A DNA stretch of 64,000 bases from Lytechinus pictus (Eukaryota): assembly GCF_037042905.1 (NCBI RefSeq), contig NC_087250.1, positions 5,272,001-5,336,000 of the forward strand, written 5' to 3'. Shown one piece after another: positions 40,369 through 50,954 of this stretch (positions within the stretch are counted from its first letter, which is position 1; each line of letters starts with the position of its first letter). The notes below the pieces were generated by a model. It was not told the DNA's origin, made no database searches, and saw only the letters and a list, made by a program, of their open reading frames with translations. Both the position numbers and the translations under genes were made by a program.

Positions 40369-41683
40369 TGACGTTATTGGCTATTTGTGTGGTGCGGCGG
40401 GTCAATTTGACGCTTCGGTGGTTTCCGGTTTGGTCTCGTTCGGTGTCTGAACTTTGAAATCAGTTCCGACCTTTTGTTTAGTGAGTTTCTGTTTGTTATT
40501 ATGGACACTCTTTCCTCCAGGCAAAGATTGCACAAGCCAGAAAAGAATCAACACCTATAGTGTAGGCCTATACCGCGACGACGGACTAGCGGTACTCCGA
40601 CGAGCATCAGGGAGCAGGGCGGATAGGGCGCGAAAAGACCTCATAAAGGTCTTCAATGATCTCGGCCTACGCATCACCGTCCAAACTAACCAAAAAATCG
40701 TAGATTACTTGGACGTCACCCTCAACCTAGACACAGGCGATTTTCAACCATATAGAAAACCTAATGACACGGTCACCTACGTACATAGGGCATCCAACCA
40801 TCCACCCCCTATCCTCAACCAAATACCTGCGGCCGTTGAGAAGCGCCTCTCGACACTGTCTTCTAACGAAGACCTATTCAAGAAAACAGCGCCAGCATAC
40901 GACGACGCCCTGAAAAGAAGCGGGTATGACAAAACCATCAAATACATCAGACTAGTAGAAGAAGGAAGAAAAAGAAGAAACAGAAGTAGAAAAGTCACCT
41001 GGCTTAACCCACCTTACAATTCTGAAGTAAAAACCAACGTAGGAGGGAGATTCATAAAGCTAATAATGAAACACTTCCCCAAGGGACATAAATTGAACCA
41101 AATATTCAACAAGAACACAATAAAGGTTAGCTACAGTTGCATGAAAAACATGGATACCATAATAAAAACCCACAACCAAAAAGTTGTTAAGCAATCAAAT
41201 CCACGAGCGGAAAATAAGCCAAAATGTAACTGTCGGCAAAAAACCAATGTCCATTACAAGGAAACTGTATGCAGACGGCTCTGGTATACAAGGCGACGAT
41301 CCGACATGGCAACGAAGAGAAACACTACTTCGGGCTTGCAGGGGGGAGACATTCAAAGATAAATACAGAAACCACATCAAATCATTTAAGCATGAAAGAT
41401 ACCGGAACGAAACTCAACTCTCAAAATACATATGGAATTTGAAGGAAAAGAACATCGAATCTACGCTAACATGGGACATCGAAAAAAAGTCAAACTTAAA
41501 CCAAAGAAAAAATGGCTTGTGCAATCTTTGCCTGGAGGAAAAAGTGTCCATAATAACAAACAGAAACTCACTAAACAAAAGGTCGGAACTGATTTCAAAG
41601 TGCAGACACCGAACGAGACCAAACCGGAAACCACCGAAGCGTCAGATTGACCCGCCGCACCACACAAATAGCCAATAACGTCA

Positions 41684-41734
41684 GTCTGCCTGAAGATCGC
41701 CTCAAGTCCGGGCGTGAAACCGCCGGTAGCAGAC
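41684..41734 (+). ncRNA. Minimal type I hammerhead ribozyme in the Penelope pLTR
   Basis: Stem I GTCTGC/GCAGAC, core CTGAAGA, stem II CGCC/GGCG, GAAA, short stem III CCG/CGG, cleavage triplet GTA. Confidence 0.85.
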
Positions 41735-41741
41735 GTTTAAT

Positions 41742-41820
<79 letters not shown>

Positions 41821-41956
41821 ATTATATATATATACATATATACATATATGATTATATATATATATATATATAATCATCTGGGTTATATATTTTGGGTATA
41901 TGTATATAATGAGATGAGGCGAGGCCAACTCAACAGATGACGCAGGACACAATTAT

Positions 41957-42001
41957 TTGCTTTAGCTTTCGTCTTTTCATTGAGACTTCGTCAGAAGCGT
42001 C
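41957..42001 (-). ncRNA. Hammerhead-like motif at the 3' end of the Neptune-type element
   Basis: Minus strand reads GCTT-CTGACGA-AGTCT-loop-AGAC-GAAAGCTA-AAGC. Confidence 0.6.
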
Positions 42002-43502
42002 TGAAAAATATAAGGAGATACAACATCCAAGTTTGTTTTGCACATCAATGAATTATCACCAAGTTGAATAAATTCCATAATGACAGATTGATGAATGAAC
42101 AAATCAATTGATAAATGAATAATAAATAATTAATTCGATTAAAATAATGATATAAATGGATGAGCCCATGTGTTCACTCTGATTGTTTTCAGAGTTGACT
42201 GAAACACGGGACGATACTAATAAGTCTTGAAGAGAGCGGCATCGTCTAAATGCGAAAAGGGGCGGTTCTGGAAATATTCCATTTGTCACTTCAGATTGGT
42301 GTCTTTCTTCTTATAATGTAAGGGGTTTTCCCGAGGAATTTCTTTAGCCTTGTTGATGGCTTTGCTCACTGAATGAGGATTGTAATTACGTTTCTGGAGA
42401 TGTTCTTGCAGATCTGCGATACTAGATTCACAGTTGGCTTCTTTGGAACAAATGCGCCTTATTCGGATTGTCTGGCTATAAGGAATGCTACTGAAAACAT
42501 GGTGTGGGTGAGATGAATAAGAATGAAGAAGATAAGCATGGGTGTCCGTCGGTTTGGAGTGGAGAGAAGTTTGTAGAATGTTCTCTTTTATGTAAAGTAG
42601 AACATCAAGGAAGGAAACTTGAGAGTTAGACGTTTCAAACGTGAATTTGATTGTTGGATGGAATGAATTGGCAGCTTGGATAAATTGGTCAAGAGACTCC
42701 CTGTTTCCAGACCAGATAAAATTAATATCGTCAATGTATCTACACCAGGATGATCTGTAAGGCTGTTGTGGGACTGAGGAGAGGAATTTCTCTTCTAGGT
42801 CTGCCATAAAGATATTGGCATAAGAGGGTGCAACTGGAGTGCCCACGGCCGTTCCTTGGTTCTGAATGTAGAATTCCCCTGCAAACTGAAAGTTGTTCAA
42901 CTTCAGAATTAGTTCAAGTAATCGAACCATATCACAAGTAGGGGGATCTTTCGATCTCCATTTTTCAAGAGCTTTCTTACAGGCTTGGATACCATCTGCA
43001 TGGGGAATGTTGGTATACAGGGATTTGACGTCGGCTGAGACCAAGAATATCCCATTAGGAATTAGGCCCTCTGAGTTTATTTTGGAGATATGTTTCAGAA
43101 AGTGTGTTGTGTTTTGTATGAAAGACTTAGTATGTTGTACCAATGGATGCAATACTGTGTCGAGAAAGCGAGATATTTGAACAGTAGGGCAAGAACATCC
43201 GGAAACAATTGGTCTTCCTGGATTGCCCAATCAATTTATGTATTTTGGGCAAAAAGTACATTTGTGGGCATTCCGATTTGCTAGGGATTAGTAATTGCTT
43301 GATGTCTTTTCGGACATTTATGTCATTTACTACTTTTTTTTCACTTGATTCAAGTGCTCATTGTTAGGATCACTCTCAGTTTTTCTATATGTCTCCGTGT
43401 TCAATTGTCTATGGCCTTCAGAAAGATAGCTCTGTTTAGATTGAAATACCACTGCTGACCCTTTGTCAGCTCGCTTGATAATAACATTCTTGTTATCTTT
43501 AA

Positions 43503-43897
43503 AGAGAAATTCCAGTATTTGCAGTAAACACTGATTTCATGAGAAAGTCTGTAAAACAATGCTTAATTGTCAGTATATCATCGAGGATCTAGATCTGGTA
43601 CAGTTACATAAACTGAACTTTGTGAAATCTTGAAATCTACGCTGAAAAATGTTCAGACTGAAGATCCCCAACACAGATAAGCGCACGTGGGACAGTGTAT
43701 AATTATTGCTTTGAATGTCGGGTCCGACGCTTTACCCGAATCCTGTGCTTATTTGCTGATTTCTCAGCAATTACACAAATTCTTCCAGAATCCTTTGGCA
43801 CATACGTTTTATTTGTACAAACAGACACTTTGGGGGTCATTTCATTGGATTCTGTATGAATTAATTTTGATATCGTTACCAAAACTAGCATTTACCT
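43503..43897. mobile_element. TTAA-flanked MITE (Kolobok-like) inserted in the PLE
   Basis: TTAA-AGAGAAATTCCAGT ... ACTAGCATTTACCT-TTAA; the PLE coding sequence resumes on both sides. Confidence 0.72.
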
Positions 43898-43997
43898 TTA
43901 AGTTCACGGAGAGCTTATCTTTCAGAGGGAGAAATGTTATCTCTGTGTCTTTTGGTGATGAGTGGCTGCAGATATTCCTCAAGTTTATCTAGTTATA

Positions 43998-44471
43998 CAC
44001 ACTAACAAATAAAGGTTCAAAATTGAACCCCGAAAGGTTGATACAAAATCAGCACCCTAACCGGGCATGTTGGCTCAATGGTAGAGCGTCCGCCTCATGA
44101 ACGGGAGGTCGTGGGTTCGATCCCCGGCCGAGTCATACCAAAGATTTAAAAAAATGGGACCTTCTGCCTTCTTGCCTGACCCTCAGTATTTAGACTGGAG
44201 AAGTAATAATAACATATTATGTTATGCAGGGCCCGCTGGAAGAGCAGACTTGTGATTGAAGTGGCTACCCTGGGTTAATAAAACGTTATTATTATTATCA
44301 TCATTATTAATATTATTATGGGTTCAAAAATTGAACCCCTAGGGGTGCAGTTTTGAACCCGCAGGGTGCAAAAATTAACCCCAACCGCAGGGTTCAATTT
44401 TTGAACCCATAGGGTGCTGATTTTGCATCAACCTTTCGGGGTTCAATTTTGAACCTTTATTTCTTAGTGTG
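43998..44471. mobile_element. Palindromic MITE with TA TSD (CACACTAA...TTAGTGTG)
   Basis: Long TIRs with GGTTCAAAATTGAACCC subrepeats; contains a SINE. Confidence 0.85.
44061..44318 (+). mobile_element. tRNA-derived SINE (body resembles Meta-type SINEs) with LINE-like 3' tail
   Basis: A box TGGCTCAATGG, B box GGTTCGATCCC, body GTCATACCAAAGA...AAAAATGG, tail GCAGGGCCC...GGCTACCCTGGG then (TTA)n. Confidence 0.88.
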
Positions 44472-45644
44472 TAGGGTCAATGCTGGAGGGGGGGGGGGGG
44501 GGGTTAAACCGGGGAGACCAAGTGTTTTGGGAAGGTTTTCCCTTCGATAATCTTTACAAGACTTCGTTGTGTGGCATTTGGTCAGAATCGTTATCATCCT
44601 CTTGAATCAGACTTGTTTCAGATAATGATTTACTCTTCTGAGAAGACTGCTGATTTTTTTGGTTGAAGTAGCATTTTAGCAGCATGCGTCTGCGGAATGC
44701 CGGAAAATCTTACTGAAGTTGCAGCGTCAATTTTCGGAGAAGTTGGGCAGAATCCTAAACCTCTTGATACAAGTGGTTTAGCTCCTGGAGGTAGATCCTC
44801 GTTAGACAAATTTAACATAAGTTTCTCATCAGCAGTTTCCTCTTTACGTTCAGCACTACTCTTATCTTCGGTAGATATGCCGTGAGAATTCCTCGAATTC
44901 TTCAAATCATGACTTATGAAACTACGCCTACGCTTTACATACATATTATGATTATATCTACGGTTACTACTTTTATTACTTGTACTACTATGCTTACATC
45001 TACTACTTTCGGGATTGCTGGTCTTTGATTTTGCACCAACACTGAACTTGGGGTTCTCTGTGTGTCCTCCTCTCCCAGATTGTTGATCGCAGACGGAGCG
45101 GCCTCTGTCGAGAGAGGTGTCCCAGTCTGATGTCCTTCTCTAGTTTCTTGTCCTTAGTTCTAGAAAGTTTCGTGCGCAGGAAGCATACCATTCTGTTGAT
45201 GCTGTTCAAAGTGATGTGATAATACTTAGGGGTGCAGTAATCCCGAAGCTGATCCTTAAGGGTTCCAATGTCTTTCGTTAACGTATCTACATGAGATGCA
45301 GCGGCGTCAGTGCATATATATCTTAATGTGGAGGATGTATCCTCTAGTGTCTGTTGCCATTTAGTACACTTGGTTGATGTTAAATGTGCAAGATTTGTTG
45401 ATTACTAGACCTCTTGGAGTTATATCTTCCTCCTTATACCTTGATAAGTAATGGATGTGAAGGCGATATTTCATCAACGACGTATACTTCCGCTCTAGTT
45501 GAACTTGGAGCCGTGAAAGTAAATGTTGATTTCCGGATTTGGGCTGAAGATGTGGTTGAGTGTTGAGTTGGCCTCGCCTCATCTCATTATGTTTAATATT
45601 CACAACTCAACAGCGATTGGTAGAAGTAAACTTATCATCACACT

Positions 45645-45704
<60 letters not shown>

Positions 45705-47064
45705 GGGGAAGGTTCGAGGAAAGTGTGACAAACTTTACCTGTAAAACTCTTTTTTTTTATTCAAATGACAACCCCAGCAAAAAATTGACTTGGATAAGAG
45801 AAAAACCGAAACAGTTTTATGCACATCCAGGTCAGTATGCAAATTAAGGGACTGATGACATTATTCACTCGCCATTTATTTGGGGTTTTATTATAAGAAA
45901 AATGTGAACCATTCAAAATTTACCTGAGAAAATTGTCCGAAACAAAGATTAATTACTCCCTGAAAATGTTGAATTACCAATGCTTTACCATTTCGTGGTT
46001 CAGTCAACTTTGTACATTGTCGAAGCTGTAAAAATGAAATAACAGAACACACAAAAAAGTAAGTGAGGGACATCATCGACTTTCTCATTTACATATTACT
46101 CGGTTGTGCAAAGGCTACAATAACCTTTTTTATGAATATATTAATTCCAATCAACATGTTTCTGAGCTGGACGTGACCTTTAAATATGCAGTGAAAGTAA
46201 TTGGTAATATGGGAAATAGATAAGATTGGAAGGTGTAGCGAATATCAAAGTTCCCCATAAATCATGTATATGGAACTCTGTACTAGTGTCTATAAAATGA
46301 TGCTCGGCTTTTTACTCATTTTAGGTAAACGTTCAATTCATTTTATCAGAATACTTGAAGTAAAATTTTGAGCCAATGTTTCAGTTTACAATGAAGTCTG
46401 TGGTGTACAGATGGGAAGCTTGGGGCGCTCCCACCTCCACCCCCTTCAAACTTTTAAAGACCAAGGAAAAAGAGAAAAAGAGGAAGAGAAGGTAAAATAT
46501 AATATTATTTTCTGAATATTGAATAAAAAATCAACCACAAATTTTGATTTTTGTAATAAGAAAATGTCAAAGTTTTTGCTCGTTCGGTTCACTCGATCGC
46601 AACTTTTTTTTTTATAACGGAACTCCGTATCTGGGCCGTCGTAAATTTTTACCATCGAATTAGTCATCACCATTATCTCCACCATCACCATCATCATCTC
46701 CATGGCCTTTATTTTTAATATTGTTTCCATTATACTAATCCCGATCAGTACCATCTTAATCTGGTGTTGGTCTAGCAGAGAATAAACTACATTAACTCTT
46801 GGGCGTTAATCTTTATTATTCAAATGATTGGATATTACCATTCTGCTTTTTCTCATCATGTTTCAATCTGGGGTTCTTCAAGTAATCTGCTTATAATGAT
46901 AATCCTTCTGTAAATTTTGAAAGTTATAATAATTTGGTAGTTGATCATTTTCTTTCGGAATGATTATTACAGTTTAGGGGGTATGATACATAATTCCTTT
47001 GAAAATGCAAATAAACTCACAATGGACAGCTGAGACTCTTTTGTCGAAAGTTGGTAGACCGGGA

Positions 47065-50000
47065 CGCGAATACCTTTTCCGTACATGGAAACGCTATGGT
47101 ACATGAATTATTCATAAGTTGAGCTAAAAAAACTGAAGTGCGCAGGCGCATGGACTTCGCCGATAGTTCTATAGCTTCATCAATTTGTACATGAACGAAT
47201 GGACGAGCACACTCTTGTACATAAATGAATGGTAATGGTCTCCATCCCAATCTCCCCGCTTTCTGAAGTTTCGAATTCTCTCTTAGCACACTCTCTCTGC
47301 TTTAAGAATCATGAATGAATTGACTAATGAATAATGTTCGCGCACCCCCCCCCCATCTAAATATTTGTTCCTTACTGAACATGTCAGCCAAGTTCCCCCC
47401 CCCCCCTCTCTCTCTCCCCTCTCTCAATTGATTAGGCCTAGAAGTTTTAAAAATACATTGATGCCTATACCTTTGGAAATAAAAAAATAATGTTGAATTT
47501 AAACGTTGATCAGGATTCATGAAGACTTGAAATCGCAAGAGTTTCAAGCTAGTAATTGAGTGATTTATGATTTAGTTAAACTTCCCCCCAACCACGTCAC
47601 ATTTCAATGTCGAATATTCCTTGCAGACACATATAAATCATTGTGTGGGTGTGGGGGGGGGGGTACTTGACCGAGGACACTTAATAGTTATTTTTTTTAC
47701 AAAATCATAGTATACTGTATAACGAGTACATTAAGGGAATGATTGTCCGAATGGTGCTGTATACAGAAATATGTCTACACTCTAAAAATAGTTTGGCAAA
47801 AATTTCCATCTTTTAACCAACCCTGCATGGGCAACATACTGTCTACACAACTATTGGTTAAAATCTGTCCAAATTGGGTAATAAATTTGTTCAGTTGGAT
47901 ATAATAATTGCCCAGAATATATATTTTCTATTACCAAACACAGTGGACAGTATGTTGCCCAACAGTGACATTTTAAGTGTGTATGGTGAGAGAGGAAAGA
48001 CAAAACATGAGCTAGACAGAAGAGACAAAACTGCTAGGGCGTTAACTCAGAACCTATCAGTTAACGAAACTTGATAATCTGTCTTATTTCGTCTATGCCT
48101 GTAGAAATTATGTAATTTGTTGGACCAAAACAGGAATAAAAAACAATCAGAATTTATTCACTTATTTTTTTATTCTTTTAAATATCTTTATACAGGATAA
48201 CAAGCTCAAAATGACTGTTTTTCAGCATGGTCCTGTTAACATGAAATAACAATATATACATGATTTGTATAAATTATTGCAAAACCATCCATTACACAAA
48301 TTTAATGCTTAAGATATTGCATACAAAAATTTCAGAGCTCTCCAATAAATAATGCGAGTGCAAAGCGCTAGCTTAAAAACATCCTGATGTGATAACTTGA
48401 CGTTATTCAAGCAATGCACTTTCTTGTAAATGCAAGCAGGATTCGTATATTTTGCTTAAACAAATAATGAAAACTCGAATCTCTAGAAGAAGAATTTGTG
48501 CAAATCTACTTGAAAACTGGATTTTAAAGTCCCATGTTATCCTATTGAGCGCATTTATTCATCTCAATCGACAGCCACTGCGAGCAAAAAGCGCGAGGAA
48601 ATCTTGAATTTACATAATGACCTGAAAGATTTTTGGGGAGCTAACAGTGGCATGATGACAACATTTCAATATTTGAAGGGTAAAAATGTTGCTTTGGAGC
48701 ACTTTATAGCTTGAGTAGGATGTTTATGATAGCATTCACTTCATTTCTTTCTTCAGTTTTCAAAATTTTATGGGGGAGGGGCAATGATCTTGACTGGGGG
48801 GGGGGGGGGGTGGGCATTTGCCCCCCCCCCCCCCTGATGCCGCCACTGATTGTTGTTCTACTAATAAAGTGGTTGGTTATATCCAAGAGCTATGCCAAAA
48901 TCACCAAAGTTTAACAACAGGGACAGATATAGCCTGCCCTTTCTAAAGGATATACACCTAGTAAGCCTACTTTAAAGAACCAAAACAAAATTAACTTTAA
49001 AACATCCCCCCAAAAAAAATCACATCGGCTTTACAGTGGGTCTATTATGATGGACCTTTTTCATGTTACGCAATATAATAATGTCCAATATATTTTTAAT
49101 CGTAAAAAGTCGCAAGTTCATTATCATTTTGGGGGTAACTATTCAGAAAACTTTTAATTCCTCACTCGGTCTTTGACAAAAAGTAACTTTACACTTTTCA
49201 TCATTTTTAATATCGATATGGTCAGATGATGATTGCAAGCCTTGCCTTTTTTTAAGGATTATTAAATCTTCATGAATTTTATCTGGCAAATAGCTCTGAA
49301 ATTTTTGTATGCAATATCTTAAGCATTCGATTTGTGTAATGGATGGTTTTGCAATAATTTATACACATTATGTATATATTGTTATTTCATGTTAACAGGA
49401 CCATGCTGAAAAAGTCATTTTGAGCTTGTTGTCCTGTATAAAGATATTTAAAAAATAAAAATAAATGAATAAACTCTGATTGTTTTTTATTCTTATTTTG
49501 GTCCAAGAAATTACATAATTTCTACAGGCATAGACGAAATAAGACAGATTATCAAGTTTCATTAACTGATAGGTTCTAAGTTAACGCCCTAGCAATTTTG
49601 TCTCTCCTGTCTAGCTCATGTTTTGTCTTTCCTCTCTCATCATACACACTTAAACTGTTGTGCAACATAATAAACTGTCCACTGTGTTGGGTAATGAAAA
49701 ATATATATTCTGGGCAATTATTATATCCAACTGAACAAATTTATTACCCAATTTGGACAGATTTTAACCAATAGTTGTGTGGACAGTATGTTGCCCATGC
49801 AGGGTTGGTTAAAAGATGGAAATTTTTGCCAAACTATTTTTAGAGTGTAGACATATTTCTGTATACAGCACCATTCGGACAATCATTCCCTTAATGTACT
49901 CGTTTTACAGTATACTATGATTTTGTAAAAAAATAACTATTAAGTGACCTCGGTCAACCCCCCCCCCCACACACACACACAATGATTTATATGTGTCTGC

Positions 50001-50707
50001 AAGGAATATTCGACATTGAAATGTGACGTGGGGGTTGGGGGAAAGTATAACTAAATCATAAATCACTCAATTACTAGCTTGGAGCTCTTGCGATTTCAAG
50101 TCTTCATGAATCCTGATCAACATTTAAATTCAACATTATTTTTCTATTTCCAAAGGTATAGGCATCAATGCATTTCTAAAACTTATAGGCCCATAGGCGG
50201 CGGAGCAGAGGATTATCTTTTGTGTTTGGGGGGGGGGGGGGGACGCAACAATAGCCGCCCCCCCCCCCCCCCAAACACAAAAGATAATCCTCTGCTCCGC
50301 CGCCAATGTATAGGACTAATCAATGGAGAGAGGGGAGAGAGAGAGGGGGGGAACTTGACTGACATGTTCAGTAAGGAACAGAGATTTAGATGGGGGGGGG
50401 GGGGGTGCGCGAACATTATGCGAGTCAATTCATTCATGATTCATAAAGCAGAGAGAGTGTGCTAAGAGAGAGGAAGGGAGAGAGATTGCAAGAGAGAGGG
50501 GAAGAGAGAATCGAAACTTCAGAAAGCGGGGAGATTGGGATGGAGACCATTACAAGAGTGTGCTCGTCCATTCGTTCATGTACAAATTGATGAAGCTATA
50601 TAACTATCGGCGAAGTCCATGCGCCTGCGCACTTCAGTTTTTTAGCTCAACTTATGATGAATAATTCATGTTCTATAGCGTTTCCATGTACGGAAAAAAT
50701 ATTCGCG
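47065..50707. mobile_element. Foldback element 1: inverted arms of about 1.3 kb (47065-48339 / 49291-50707) around a spacer of about 0.95 kb
   Basis: The arms are reverse complements with high identity and are bounded by CGCG on both sides. Confidence 0.9.
50192..50308. mobile_element. Hairpin hAT-like MITE in the right arm only
   Basis: Near-perfect palindrome, TSD TATAGGCC/TATAGGAC, empty site in the left arm at about 47435. Confidence 0.88.
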
Positions 50708-50730
50708 ACCGGTGAGTGCAGCTCGCAGGA

Positions 50731-50917
50731 CGCGAAATTATTTTTCCCACCGAGTTCTGGACCAACATATGAATATTCATGACTTGCGTCTTCGGATTAA
50801 GAGTACGCATGACTTTGCCTCGACCAGTGCCGGTCGTAAGCATTCACGTTCAGTTGCTCAGAATGAATTAGCATCGTCAAATTACCGGTACCATTACATA
50901 GGCCTTATAGGCTTAGA

Positions 50918-50954
<37 letters not shown>

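Larger units (their letters stand above)
40305..41747 (+). mobile_element. 5'-truncated Penelope-like element (Penelope/Poseidon type) with inverted pseudo-LTR
   Basis: RT C-terminus (YRDDGL, DYLDVTL, YRKP, SNHPP) and GIY-YIG region (CNCR..CPL.G.C...VYKA...YFG..FK.KY.NH..SF, CNLCLEEK) with two homopolymer frameshifts. 40305-40539 is the reverse complement of 41513-41747. Confidence 0.93.
41906..45625 (-). mobile_element. Decayed Penelope-like element (Neptune type) retaining N-terminus and RT, lacking GIY-YIG, interrupted by MITEs and a SINE
   Basis: ORF 42286-43230 (GRPIVS, DVKSLYTNIPH, QGTAVG..APSYANIFM, YIDD, FLDV, KPTD, SSHP, IPYSQ..RIRRICS). Upstream fragments NLS..L..SRGLGFCPT (about 44800) and HIHYLSRY..TPRGL.I (about 45440). 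Flanked by (TA)n tracts. Confidence 0.9.

Noticed and set aside
41595..41952. ORFs rich in YI repeats (also at 45560, 50712, 63513)
   Set aside because: They are translations of (TA)n microsatellites.
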